Below, in pieces: positions 38,633-52,311 of a stretch of 64,000 nt of DNA (positions are counted from its first letter, which is position 1; each line of letters starts with the position of its first letter). This DNA is from Botryllus schlosseri. Taxonomy: Eukaryota. The notes beneath the pieces were generated by a model. That model saw nothing but the letters and a program-made list of their open reading frames with translations, did not search any database and was not told where the DNA came from. The position numbers and the translations under genes were made by a program. Where the stretch lies: positions 5,582,001 to 5,646,000 of the forward strand of contig CM119371.1 in assembly GCA_051294905.1 (NCBI GenBank), read 5' to 3'.

Positions 38633-39050
38633 TTACAATACATGTTCAAAATTCCCAAAAAAATTATTAAATTTTTTAGAGATATATTGGGTGTTTTTAT
38701 CGCCGACAACAACCCTCTGAATAAATGCCATGAATTGAAATTCCTTCGGGTATGACACATCCCAGGCATAATAACATGCCGTCATATCGAATAGAATATC
38801 GAACACCATTGCACCGCCGTTACCTCGCGGGACGGATTTCCCAACAGCTATGATCCAGCCTTGAATTGACCCATCCTGATGTCTTGCGACAACTAGATGT
38901 GGGGATAATGCTTCCGACTCTTGGTCTCTATGTCGTGAGCCTGAAACACAAGACATACTGGTGAAGCATGTGCTTACAAACGAATTTTAGTAATCGCTTC
39001 GAAAAAATTCAAAGTCATGTTAGGATATCCATGAAATACATCTATTTACA
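38633..39050 (-). pseudogene. Terminal exon of an EnSpm-type accessory ORF, copy B
   Basis: HLVVARHQDGSIQGWI...CYYAWDVSYPKEFQFMAFIQRVVVGDKNTQ; clear paralog of 36502-36897. Confidence 0.55.
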
Positions 39051-39829
39051 GGTTAGCCTTTCCTACCTAAACATATTCCAATTACATATTAATGGAAGAA
39101 GCAATTATGTATTTGTTATGTACCTGTTGGACTGGCAAAGCAGTCAAACCGATTTTTGTCGGCAGTTAATTCTGGCGTCTGCGAGTTCCGATTTGTAGTT
39201 ACAGCAGTTTGGAGAGTTCATCCTTGTCACCTTTCAGTGGACTGATGAAATGGAATGATAAAATACTTATTACTAATGCCAAAGCACACTCAACATGCAC
39301 ATCCAAATTTACCTGGAATATTACATCCAATAACTATCATATTTTGATAACGGTTTTTCATGTCTTCAATGGTTGTTGGCGCGATTATGTTCTTGAACTG
39401 TTCTCTTATCTGAGGTGAACAGTAAAATCATCACAAAACACTCATAGAAATGGCGGATAACATTAGGCCAGGACCGGACATCCTTTTTTGTTATTCACGA
39501 CCTCGTTTCGATTTCCTATGTAGCCCACGGCTGCATTTTAGTGCATAGTTATAATGAACTATCTTGACACCAAATACCCACGTTGAACTTTCCATGGTAT
39601 ATTTACAGTGAGTCATGGACTAACCATGTCGTCATGACGTCTTACTCGACAGACCGAAATCGCGAGTAGTCGTGAAGTTAATGTTGTAGTTTCCCATATT
39701 ACTATCAAATATGCAAGCAGATAAGGTAGGCCGTATCTAAGGCTGCCACAATCTTTTACGCAACAAATGTTGAGGCCTAGAAAAATGTGACGCTGAGAAT
39801 GTTAGGGATATTTTGTGCTCACATAAAAG

Positions 39830-40374
39830 CAGGGTTGTAATGACTCGAGTCACGATTTTCTGATGACGCGACTTGACCCGAGTCATTTTCTCAAAATACG
39901 GAAATGACTCGACTCGAGTCAATTTGTATATTGACTCCACTTGGAGTCGGGTCATTGCGCACAACTCGAACCAAGTCAAATGGCTTGAGACTCAGGCCTA
40001 CACTTCATTGTACTTTCGAGGAATAATAAGTAACCACACTATTGGGATTACGTCTATTGGTATCAGTATTATAAATGTGACCAGAAACTGCTAAAAGTGA
40101 GGAAAATCAGTTTATCATAAATGCGAACCATTCGATATCGCCAAGCAGAACTATAAAAAGTGGATTAACAAGACTTTAACTGCAAACTGAGCAGTCAATA
40201 CAATGACTTGGACTAGGACTCGAGTCATATTACCATGGCTCGGACTCTATCATCTGCTCGCTGACTTCGACTTGACTCGATGGTGAATTGAAAATGACTC
40301 GACTTGACTCAAGTCAATCTACAAAAGTGAGATTGACTTGTGACTCGGAGCCTTGTGACTTGGTTACAACCCTG
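39830..40374. mobile_element. hAT-type MITE (GACTCGAGTC-rich family)
   Basis: cagggttgtaa / ttacaaccctg; perfect TSD cataaaag. A truncated relative lies at ~37850-38200. Confidence 0.92.
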
Positions 40375-43300
40375 CATAAAAGACTAAAATCCATGAATGA
40401 GTTTGCAATTGTTCTAGTTTCAATCTTATTCATGGTTTTCCGGAAAAAGCTACAGAAGAACTGTATAGTACGGACCAAGGCAATCTTGCTGAACAAACAT
40501 TTTCTATTCCCATCCTTATGAGATTGAACTCTGATCTGATATGAACTCGAATTGATTGAATATCCGGTTTTAAAAAATTCAGTAAATCTATTTATAATTT
40601 AATTTAAAAAATACCTTTAGCCACAATTGGAATATAATTTGGGAAAATGTAGTACAACCGTATTTCTAATTTGTATAATTCCGGAAAAATGTGCAGCTAG
40701 ACTTGTAATCTAATTTGAAAAAGCTGAACATTTTCTTTTTGTCCAAGTCTGACTTGCCTTACCGTCTACCACACGAGTACGATGAACTATAAAGTGATTA
40801 TAAAATGGTTCCATGATGTAATACCCACACTCACCAGTTTGATATCAGTCTAGGAAGGAAACCGATCAAGTATTCCCAACAGAGGATTGTCTTTTTGCAT
40901 TATCTTAGAACGTCGATGTCCGATTGTCCGTACAGGTGGCGATTCTTGTGGCACTTCAGCAAGTTCGGGTTGTCCGAGGGCCGAGTTTGTAGGGACGGGT
41001 TCTCCGGCAACCGTTTTTAAAGCTTATTCGGGCTATCAAAAAATTAGCACAGCCAACAGGATTGTAGACGGGACATTATTTGATGAACTTATTATCGACG
41101 AAGCATTATTTCTGCATTAATAGCATATATCTGTCAAATTAATATTCATGATTACATTTGGTAAAACCTTTCAACCCCACCCAAGATGCACTGAATAATA
41201 AAGCAGTGTGGAAAGGTTTCACACGGCCAATCAGGAGGAGAGTTATCAAAGCACATGAATAAATCGAATCAACTACATTGTTCGATTCATTGAATCCAAG
41301 AAAGTACATGAATACATCATCACTGCCAACTATACATCATGATGTACACAGGTTAAGGCGAAGCAACAATTATGAGGATTAAATAATTAATATTTTGCGC
41401 AACAATTTGCACAAAACATGTTCATAGGGAACACTGATTCGTGGTGATCAAGTGAGCTCGTATCAATGTTTACAATGGATCAAACCACGAATAACATAGA
41501 ATTTACAAGTGGATATAAACTCTTCTAGCAGAGAGAGTTATCAGAGCATAGGAATAAAATCATCACTGTCGACTGAATTATCATGTAGACTACACAGACT
41601 TTGCAGAAATAGATTCTCCATAGGATATGTTGTTTGCCAATTAACACTTCGTGTACACGGCATGTTCACGGGGAACACGAATAGGTGATGGTCATGTAAA
41701 AACCATTCAATGTCTATAAGTTGGCCAGGCCCTTAAAACGACATCAACCACCTATACCACATCTCCTTCGAGCCTTCAGTGCTTCATAATTAAGCAAGCA
41801 AATGGTGCAATGCCTGACCAGGACCATGTTGTAAATTTCCTCAAACTTTCAAAATGTCACTACACCGGCCTAACTAAGCCCTGATTGCACTAATATTGTA
41901 GCTAACATACTAAGGAAGGCGAATACTTTAGCTTTTACCTTCCAATTTATCGATATGGTGAGATGCGATACCGGTAATGGCTAAGAAAGTCCTCAAATCG
42001 ACGCACACCGCACAGCCGCTCCACCTGTCATGACGTCGTATCGCAAAAGAACCACATGTTTGTGTGCGACAGGTGATGACGTTGTCAGTATTGAGAAAAA
42101 GTGAACGCGAAAAAAGGGAAGACATCAAATTTCTCTCGATCGCGGCGTTGTTTACACCATTGGCCGTTGCCACCAACGGAAAATACGGCGGTTGTGTTGT
42201 CTCGAATTTACAGTGTACCTGAGTGATTCGATTCGGAATCACGTGATATGCTTCGAGTTGAGTCGAGTAGAGTAATCGAGTACCAACAATTATGACGTCA
42301 TACCAGAATGTTATGCGTCAAAGTTCAAATATGTACCGTTTATCCAACCACAAAGAATATAATGCCCGATATCCATCTCATAAAAGATAATTTGGTATTT
42401 TTAGGACCATATTGATTTCATTACACTGGGTTACAATGTTGTGGGATTATCACGAATTCGGAAATGTAGGTTTGTACTATATGTTTTGTATGCTACGATA
42501 CCCCCAATCAAGTTTCAAGGCTTCAACAGTGAAAATTAGTATCGAAACTCTGATTTTCGTTCGTAAATTAACTTTCAGTGGCGAGGAGCGTATAATTTGA
42601 GTACTGGAAAAAAGGGTCTTTTACTACTCGACTGGAATCATTAAAATTAATACTCGATTCAGATTCGAGTACTCGAATCATTGTGCCCTGCCCTAGTTAT
42701 CAGCACCGTATTATCACAACACGTCGACTGGAGCCACGTTCCAACAGTGAGTTTTTTATAATTATACAACAAGGTTATGGTTAGGGCTGGAATCGAGGTC
42801 CTGAGTGATTTGCCTGTGAATCGAGTATCAGGCTTCGAGTACAGGCCCTTAGCCAGCCGAAAAATAAGGAAATCGAGTGTGAAGATAATGAGGTCATAAT
42901 AACCATGATCATCAATGATATGAAAAGTTCAAATGTGTACAATGTACATTTATGTGAACGCAAAGAATATATCGCTACTTTCACATCACATTGAAGATAT
43001 CTGGGAAATTTTTGACCATACTTGTTTCATTGCACTTTGTGACAATGCTGTGGCTTGATCATGATTTCAAAGAAATGTCATGACATGTTCGGTATTATTC
43101 GATACGACCAATAAAGATTTATATCCTCCCATAGTAGAAATAGTATCAAAAGTATAACCCTAGCTTTTGCTAGAATCGTGTAATTTCAGTACTAAAAAAA
43201 TTGTCTCTCACTACTTGGCTCGAATCGTTAGAATGAATACTTGATTCAGATTTAAGAACTCAAATCATCATCATAGCTATCGTGCGAGTTGATCACAATT

Positions 43301-43521
43301 CGACAAATATATCGGTTTTGTGAATATTCGTAGCCAACATGTGTTTCCATACTGAGATACGGCTACCAAGGGTTCTGGCTCCAATGGTAAAAACGAAGTA
43401 GGGAAATTATTTTTTCGTCGTACTTACTATATTACATTTGGTGAAGGTGATGATGTCTGATAATCACGCGTACTGAGCGATATTTTTAAAGATTTATGGA
43501 TATGGAAACGTATGGCGTGTG

Positions 43522-43987
43522 CAGGGCTGTAACCAAGTCACAAGTCAATCTCACTTTTATACTTTTTTTCTACTCGAGTCAAGTCGAGTCATTCTTTATT
43601 CACCATCGAGAGAACAACGAACAGAGGGCCAAGTGCGAGTCATGGTATTATGGCTCCAGTCCGAGTCTAAGTCATTGAGTTGACTGCTCGGTTTCGAGTT
43701 AAAGTCAGGTGAAAACCACTTTTTATAACTCTGTTTGGTGATATCGAATAGTTCAAATTGAAAATATACTAATTTTCCTTACTTTCAACAGTTTCTGGTC
43801 CGTCTGGTTTGAAGTAGCAGTACTAATAGGCGAAATAGCAACCGGGTGGTTACTTCACTATTCTTCGAAATTACAATGAGATGACGCTCTTTGCCGTGTG
43901 AGACGTGAGTCATGTGACTTGGTCCGAGCCATGACTCGAGTCATCAAAACTCAGAGTTGAGTCATGACTCGAGTCATTACAACCCTC
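43522..43987. mobile_element. hAT-type MITE (GACTCGAGTC-rich family)
   Basis: cagggctgtaaccaagtcac ... gtcattacaaccct; TSD degraded. Confidence 0.8.
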
Positions 43988-45226
43988 GACGTACCGCTTT
44001 GAATTTCAACAAACCTAACAACCTATCATAAAGTTTGCAAAGCAGATAAATTTTATCAAAATCTCATCACAAAGGCAGTGCTATTATCGAACAGCAGTAT
44101 CAATTTAATCATGTTTACTTTTGCTGTTGCAGACACAGAAACCTGTTGGTGACAAACCAGAGGCGACCATCATTTGCAGTAACCAATCGCCAGACTTCCA
44201 TATGACAGGCTCAGCTCAAGAAATCAATCGATACCTAACCAAAACAGAAGTCTACAATCAATATGGGTATGTTGGCATTTAGTCACTATGGATCGATTTG
44301 CTCTTTGAAATGTATGCTACTTCTATAAATCAGACATTTTATAAATGCGACTCTTGACAGTATGTGACATTACCAGCAAATTTGTTAACACTGGCTATGT
44401 GTTGCATTTCTGTGTTTTAAAACTCCATTCATTTCAACAGGTGAGGAAGAGAACGCAGATGCGGCACCGGTGATTTGGAAAAACAAACGGGCGGATTATA
44501 CGGATAAAGCAAATTCGGTAAGGCTAATTTAGTATCGTGTCAGTGTCAGGATATAATTATACGCAGTAGCCTGCTGATAAAAGGAGCTTAAAATCTAATT
44601 TGATAAATACAGAGGTGAATAAAGTACTCTGTGTGACTTCTCGACTACAAGTAAATTTCTACTCGATTACATGTAGAAGTAGCCATTTCAAAGAGAGGTC
44701 AAAATTACTTTAGGTGGAAGTAGGTGGTCGAAGTAGTCAGATTTGCTGCATAAGTACATGTAATGTAATGCATTACATTCCTTTTCCATTGCACGCTGTC
44801 ATTAGCCATTTACAAGAAATCTATGTATTGGTGATTAACTCGAAATGACTAATGCCACTACAAATCGCTAAAATCGTCAAAAACGACTCACTAACCATGT
44901 AAGCCCATATCATGCAGCTATTATCACAATTTCACTCGTTTAAGTGCTGTGAATTTGCTACATCCTACTTTCCAAACCTCTGTAGAATTAGGACTTTAAA
45001 AATGAGTGTCTACTATACAACTAAGTGTTGTCCTTGTAATGATGTGCTAGGTTACATTGTGACACAGTGAATATGATGAAAGACGTCAATTTTCATCTCG
45101 ATAAAGTGGTGTAAAGTAGTAGTTTAGTAACTTAGTTTTTCGTATTTAATTTTACACATGCCGAAAACAGTGTTTATTTGATCAAGAACACTGTAAAGAT
45201 GCCTAATTAGAGCGAAGTGCCAGTAA

Positions 45227-45588
45227 TAGGGTTACCATAATCATGTCCTGTTTTAAGATGACTTATCCGTTTTTTTTTTCAATAAATTGAAGGTGTCCTC
45301 GGAGTATGCCAAAATGTCCTCTTTTTTGGGAATTCGTCCTCTTCCTATAAAAAGTTTTATGATGTGATCAGAAAAGTGTACTCGGACACACCAAATGCAA
45401 GTCAATTATCGAAAAATACGTCTCGATGGGCATTTCCCGAGTCAATACTGGAAAAAGTACCCTTTCTTTAGTCAACACAATACTATAACTGCTTTGGAAA
45501 TTGCCCGTTTTCTTTTCCGTTAATATCGATTTCAGAATTTTTGCAAATAGTTCTCTTTCGGATCTCAAAATATGGAAGCCTAACCCTA
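45227..45588. mobile_element. hAT-type MITE
   Basis: tagggttacc / taacccta; TSD gccagtaa/cccagtaa. Confidence 0.75.
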
Positions 45589-47403
45589 CCCAGTAATCTC
45601 GCTGATCCCAGTAAACTCGTCAAAACTTCCTATGCTCTTTTATTAGTTGTTATCTAATCTATTGCTGAAAATGCTGCGGGAGAACTGCATAGTGCCAAAG
45701 GAGCCAAGCTCGGCGTACAGACATTTCCAAATCTGGTGCTTATGAAAATAAACCCTGACTTCATATGAGGTCAAGTAGATTTTTTGTCATATTTTTTCAA
45801 ATTCATAATTAAATTAAATTTCCTACTTCTTGCAAAAACAGTGAATGTAGTTCTAATCTAATTGAAGTAAAATGTAGATATAATCTTATTTTCCAATTGA
45901 ATTTGTGGTTTTCCTGAAACTACTACATGAGAAATGTATCGTGTGAAAAAATCCAAGCTTGAAGTAAAGACATTTGCCATTCTCGTGCTTTTGAAAATGT
46001 TTGATACAAACGGAACTTGATTTTTAGTATTTCTTTCCAATCAGGAATCAGGGTTGTAACTAAATCACAAGGTTCCGAGTCACAAGTCAATCTCACTTTA
46101 TAGTTTTGACTCAAGTCAGTCGAGAGTCATTTTCAATTCATCACCGAGTCAAGCCCGAGTCCAATACAGCTAGTCAGTTCAATCTGGTACAATCTATATA
46201 TTTCGGCTTGTAACTGAGTATAATTTTGTGGCGTTACTTCTACTTGTAATTGATTAGTAATTTACGAGGCCACTTCTACATGAGTACTTTGGGCACCTGT
46301 GCGATTGTTTTAATATATTTTTCTATCATGCAGGACCACACCAAATTGGTTCTGTGTCGTCTGATGGGAGCCGTGATTCACATCAACCAGCAACGTAACT
46401 TAACCACCTACAAATTGAGACTGCTACAAAACACGGATGTGATCGTAGTCTGGACGGTCGCATTAGATACGCAGATTGCATCTTGAAATGACTCGTGTTT
46501 GCAGACTCTACTTCTGAAGATGATTCGTGACGTGCTTGATGCAGCTTTGTGTGATTTTGAAATTGATTTTTGCAATACGTTCATACATTCGATATAGAAA
46601 TCACAAAGGTTTGCAACTGACTGTCTTGGTGCCCAGAATTGTAACCAAGTCCTAGTTCCGAGTCGCAAGTCTCGCTTTATAATTTCGACTCGCGTCATTT
46701 AAAATTAGGGTTACCATACGTCAATTCAATTAGTCAAGTAGTCTACAAATTAGCTAAATATTGGAGATGAAATTGGGATATACAAAGGACGGGGTTTTCG
46801 AATTTTAAATGGGATGAGTTTCGACCACAATAACTGACTCCCTGGCAACGTCACTGCTAGTTGTGTGATGACTCTGAGCTGGCATTGCCTGCAAGCACAT
46901 CACACAACAGGACACGGGTATCACGATTCACATCAAACCAGGGCTTTGGAGCCGGAGCCGTGCATTTTCGCTGGAGCTGGAACTCTACATAAAATTCAGT
47001 CGGAGCTGGAGCCAGTTATTTGAGGAGGAGCTCCGTCTCCGACGTATTTTATAAGATGCTAATATATACCGTATGTAACATTGCAACAACCATATCGGCA
47101 TATCTGCTGTGTTCATATATTCAGCTGCAGGCCTTCGCGCACGAAATTAAGAATCTTTTCCTCTTTGGCGCTACCTTTTCCGACTGACCAAGTGACCATG
47201 TTCCTGGGGATTTAACTATAGATAACTATAATTTAACAGCAGAGTAGATCATTGCTACTCATTCTTAACCACATTGCCTTTATTTTGAATCTGGATTATG
47301 CATGCGTGTAAGGTACGTGGGCAGTGTAATCGTGGCATATTAATGAACAGTGTTTTATTGAACACTGAACAGGCTTTAAAGTCAACGAATTGTCTGTTTA
47401 GTT

Positions 47404-48612
47404 CCGGGGTTCCCAGCCATTTCTTGGCCGTGGCCCATTTTCCGGTTTGAAAATGTGCTGTGGTACACCTCTAATCTTAAAGTCATATTGTTGCTCAAGG
47501 CGTGGTTATCGACGGGGCGATATGCCTATTTCTCTAAAATATGCACATTTTTCTCCTAATTTACTGATCAAATCATAATATAAACATCTCGGGGTATGAC
47601 GAAAAATTTCAAGTTGAATGAATATCCTCCAACAAACGACCCTTCTAGCTCCCCTAATCGGGGATTTGGGTAAGGCAGTTACGGCTGTGGTAGATCATAT
47701 GCTAAAACTTCTGAGTATTTTATGATCGTCCGCTGCTCCATTCGCTTGGTGAAACACAATTTATCAAATACCCGCATACACTGTGTGATTGGGATTTTAG
47801 TTACACTATTGAGAGGAATAGTATAATCATTCAGGGCCAGCTTAAAACAATTCAATAGTGAATGGGGTACTACAGAGGAGTGGAGAAATATTTTATTATG
47901 CATGCTGTGCAATGTACATTGTATGTCACGTACTGAACCAACTGAAGTTGCGATGTCGGAATATTCAATCCAGTGATACTATCAATTCATGTGACTCTTA
48001 CATTATTTACATTGATTTCCAGGCATGACATTTTAAACAGACTCGAAATATTAATGCGTTCCGCTGAATCCTCAATCCATTACTATTCGTTGCGGTGGTG
48101 CAGTGTACCTCCACCAGAAGTTGCTAATAATTTGCAATTATGGCCATTTTTAACTAACAACAATAAGACATACCAAAGTACAGTAAATCTATAAATCAAT
48201 AACACTTCATTCCGAGTTTATTGCACACCCCTTTCAACGGCATACGACATTATGACCCTGCCGGCATACTTGGTTACTTCAGCATTACGTTCCAGGTATT
48301 ATATACGCGAATTTATTTCAGTTGCTGTCAGCCATAGGTAGTCATAGCCAGTGGAAAAGCCGCCGTTTTTGCCTCCCATTTTTGACTTGAAATGTTGACT
48401 CCATACGTACCACTACGTCCCATCAGAGTCAGATGAAAAGCTTTATGTAGCCTACGTATAATCAACTAATATGAATTCATTTTTTAGCGATTAACTCAAC
48501 AAATATTACTTAACTTACATTATTTCTCAAATTTCCCAAATAGCTCTGTGGCTCACCTCAAATGCTCTTGTGGCCCACCAGTGGGCCATGACCCACCCTT
48601 TGACAACTCCTG
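47404..48612. mobile_element. hAT-type MITE
   Basis: ccggggttcccagcc / tttgacaactcctg; perfect TSD gtttagtt; gtggccca subterminal motifs. Confidence 0.8.
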
Positions 48613-50169
48613 GTTTAGTTGATACAGCCTATGGTTTTAGTCCACGAGTCAACATTTAAAAAGCAGGTTTTATGTTACGAATTCCAAGCAACCTTTTGCG
48701 GGCCGCACAGAATGGCTTCTTGGGACCCATTTGGCCGGCGGGCCCCATTTGGCCGACGGGCCGCACTTCGCCCAGATCTGCTGTATATTGCAGTGACGTG
48801 CGGTGAGGTTCAATGGCTGTTGAGGCACGGACCCACTCTTACCTCACACACACACCCACGTAAAGTAGCCTACCTGATAAGCAGGGCTTTGGAGCCGGAG
48901 CCGGAGCTCTACATAAAATTCAGCCGAAGCCGGAGCTGGAGCAAGTTATTTAAGGGGTAGCTCCGGCTCCGACGTATTTCATAAGATGCAACAATACATG
49001 CAACAACCATATCTTCTAAGTTCACATAATTCAATAGCAGGCCTTCGCGAAATTAAGAATCTTTTCCTCTTTGGCTCTACCTCTTCCGACTAACCATGTT
49101 CCAGGGGATTTAACAGCAGAACAGTCCCATGTTCAATTTTCATACATGAGTGCCGAACCTCGGTATGCGAAATATGCCAGTGAATATTGTGGGTATTCGG
49201 CATACCCACAATTTCATCATCAGCACAACCTTGTTGGCCAATTGTATACGGTTCGAAAATAATGATCACTATGTATTACGCGAAATGGGAGAGAGGATAA
49301 AAACGTGATTTCGTTGCACATGTCGATATGACGAGCACGAGCCGAGAAATTCCATCTTATCGTTGCTATGAATCGGATGAGCATATACTCGTTCATTCGT
49401 GATAGTTCTTTAATCGGGCCGCGAAATTGGACAATGTTATTGAGTATCCAATTATGCATGCTAATTGGAATTCATTACCGCGCATCATCGTCATTCACTC
49501 CAGTAAGGATTTTCGAGCGTAAATAGGGGATGGCAGAAGAGTAGCCCAAAACGACATGGTATTTTATGTTGGAGACAAATTACTGATTTGATACGCGATT
49601 TCCAATTTGTAATCATCTGTTTCGTTAATTCATTCTTGATGTCTGCTTGATACTCTAGTATTCCTGGATTGTCGCGCACTGTGACTTGTAAACGTACAAT
49701 GTGCATACTGCATTGTTTTATTCGTTATGGGCATGGCGCAATGTGCATGGCACAGTGTTTAATTCGAATATTCGATTTGTTTCAACCGGAAAATATTATA
49801 TTCAGATAAACTTGATCGACACCGGATGGACTGGTAACGAATGCACCAATATCGAGCGTCAAACCATTGGCCATTTGGTACAAATCGAATTTCTATTGAT
49901 CACGTCGTTATATCCGCCATTATTGCTCTTACTACTGTTACAGTTCAATAATAATTGCACATGTAAAAATTGAATTGAGCTGTATGGCTTAATGTTAACG
50001 AGTACAGTGCCAGTGTTGAATCGCCGCATCAGAATTTTAATGCTGTACACAGCAATGGCACGGAGTAAAGTAAGTTCTAGTGCAACTATGATGTTATGAC
50101 AATTGACAAGTATCCATTATGTCGTCCAAGCCGGCACAGCGGCACCTATGTCTTCGTTGCTGCATCCGA

Positions 50170-50504
50170 TGTTACTGACGGCTGACAGACTCTAGAATAT
50201 TTTTTTGGAATACTTTGGAATATCCTGGAACTTTGATAGCTAACCACTAGTCTCCCTGCATGAGTGAGAATGACTCATATTGATAGTGTTCTGGTTTCTC
50301 GTGTACGTTCGAGTTAATGTTTTGATACTCGGGTATAATTGGTTTGATTCTGAGTTACCTCGTGGTAGTACGATACGTCGCTCGCTGTATGAACAGGTCC
50401 GCTGTAATATACTCTGCTGTGTGTGTTGGACTGGTGTCTGTCAAGTGTAAGAAATAGGGAATCTCAAGCCGTAGGTAGAACGGAGTAGATCCTGAATTTC
50501 ATCA
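50170..50504 (+). mobile_element. Solo LTR of the Copia-like family at 25934
   Basis: ~290 bp nearly identical to 25990-26281 and ending tttcatca, with no PBS after it. The 5' boundary is uncertain. Confidence 0.8.
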
Positions 50505-51559
50505 GGCATGTGTGCTTTGGTGTTTGTTTCGGAAGCCAAATTGTTGAGGGGAAATGACAGACATTTTGGCGTACTTCAAGCTCTTATTACTATCTGTTAT
50601 TTTTACTGCAGAAGATACATGTTGAAGCATAAAAACAAGTTTAGTAATACCTCTATTTTCTTAAAATAAAGCTATACTAAATGTAACTTTTACGATCTAC
50701 AATATTTGTTATCAACGTATACTAATCGTGCAAAGTGTTGAAACCATATCCGATACAACTTCTCCGTACTGCTCTTCGCCTAAAATTGAGGCCTTACAAT
50801 ATGCGGTAGGGCGCCATGCCATGGTATTCTTTAAAACGGGGCCTTCTTGTAAATAAAGGGTTAGTAGCGCATTTTCATATCAATACTATAATTTGCATCC
50901 CATGATGCGAAAGAATGCTTATTCTGTAAATCAAACTCTTTGCACCTTCCGCATAGCTCAATTTGCAGCTTTTGACAATCCATGCGAACGAATTAAGACT
51001 GTTTTCAAAACTATACTTACTTACGTGAGTAGATTTTAAGTCAGTCAATTCTACTTCTATTTCAAGTAATTTTAGGTGGCTTATGGAAGAAGTTCTTCTA
51101 CTCGTACTTGAGTAGATTTTTTCCTCGCTACTTCTACTTCTTCTTGAGTAGCTTTCTTGACTACTTTGACCACTATCGTTTGCCAGGAGAGTCATCACAT
51201 CCGGCTTCGGGGATCTTTTTAGTATTAAAGTGTATTCTTTCAGACATTATCATGATACCAATCCAAATCAATCAGCAAAATGAAATATCGCATATTATCA
51301 CATTTGAACCAGACTTTACAAGCTACTGGATTTTCAAAACATGCAAAACTAAACCAGAACGAACGACATTTGAAAGTCTGCAACAAACTAGAACACAACT
51401 AAATAGATTCAATTCAAAAACATATCATTAATTATATTTTACAGCAGCGGTTCTCAACCTTTTTTGACACGCGCCCCCCTTGGCGATGGTCAAAAATATC
51501 GCGCCCCCCTGACCCCCCTTACATTTATCGTCATGTCAAAAAGAGCCTATAATCTAATA

Positions 51560-52087
51560 CAGAGGTGGGCAACCTTCTTGCTAATCATGGCCGCATTTCG
51601 ATTACTTATGTAGCCTAAGGCCGCATTCCAGGGCATAGCCGCAATGAACGATCTGGACGCAAAATACCTATGGTAAACTGTCCAGTCCATATCCATTCCC
51701 GGTGAACTCCGGACTATTATACCTTTCACAACGGCCTATTGTACGCACCGAAATCGCGGGTGGCAATGCTATGAATAGTTGCTGGGAGTGCAGACTGTCG
51801 CGCGGAGCGCGAAAATGTTTCAGAGCCACGAATGAATTGTTATTTCTTGAGGATTCCCATTCCTGCTGCAATTAAGGGCGCTACTGCATTAAAATCGAAA
51901 ATTGAAGTCTTGTTGAATTGCGCGAAGCGCGAAGAAAATTTCAAGATTGAATAAAATCTCTCGAAAATTCGGGAGTGAATTCGTAATTGCAATTTGCATG
52001 TCTACGGCTGCCAACACATACTAATTGAATTAGGCGTCAACGGCCGCACAAATTCCCTTCTACGACCGCACGGGCTGCCCATCCCTG
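51560..52087. mobile_element. Nested hAT-type MITE
   Basis: cagaggtgggcaacc / gggctgcccatccctg; TSD atctaata/atctgata. Confidence 0.85.
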
Positions 52088-52311
52088 ATCTGATAGTATA
52101 CATAAGGTATATCTTACGCCAATTTTGAATCCACATTCCAGTTGTTTAGTCTTTTACATTGCTGACAAACTTCCCCAAACTTGTTTGAAAATACCAAAAA
52201 ACATTGAAAAGGACATCAGTTAATTTTAAGGTAGGTTGCACTGAGACTAATCCTGATGCTGGTAGTGACTACAGAGAGCACGGCGTCGTTCTGTCCTGCC
52301 ATGCTAAATTT

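Larger units (their letters stand above)
35596..42215 (-). mobile_element. CACTA/EnSpm (CMC)-type DNA transposon, non-autonomous or decayed
   Basis: Termini CACTGTAAATT / AATTTACAGTG, 2-bp TA TSD, matching subterminal ccgttggtg motif. The flanks rejoin into one MITE. Confidence 0.85.
35574..42695. mobile_element. hAT-type MITE inserted in a PLK exon and split by the CACTA element
   Basis: tcgggctgggcaaaat / attgtgccctgcccta; TSD gttatcac/gttatcag; uninterrupted relative at 61451-61969. Confidence 0.85.
33509..46490 (+). pseudogene. PLK1-like: Polo-like kinase 1-like pseudogene, copy 2 (kinase C-lobe to polo box 2)
   Basis: Exons with ag/gt borders: 33509-33633 (IIHTDIK), 34326-34512 (FCGIPNYIIPDVLSKKGH), 35180-35305 (VGKLPFE), 35463-35573 plus 42704-42746 (MLSIDPSQRPS...IPEQLP), 44133-44266, 44441-44517 (PVIWKNKRADYTDK), 46334-~46490 (DHTKLVLCRLMGAV). 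Stops, frameshifts and an exonic TE insertion are present. Confidence 0.9.
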
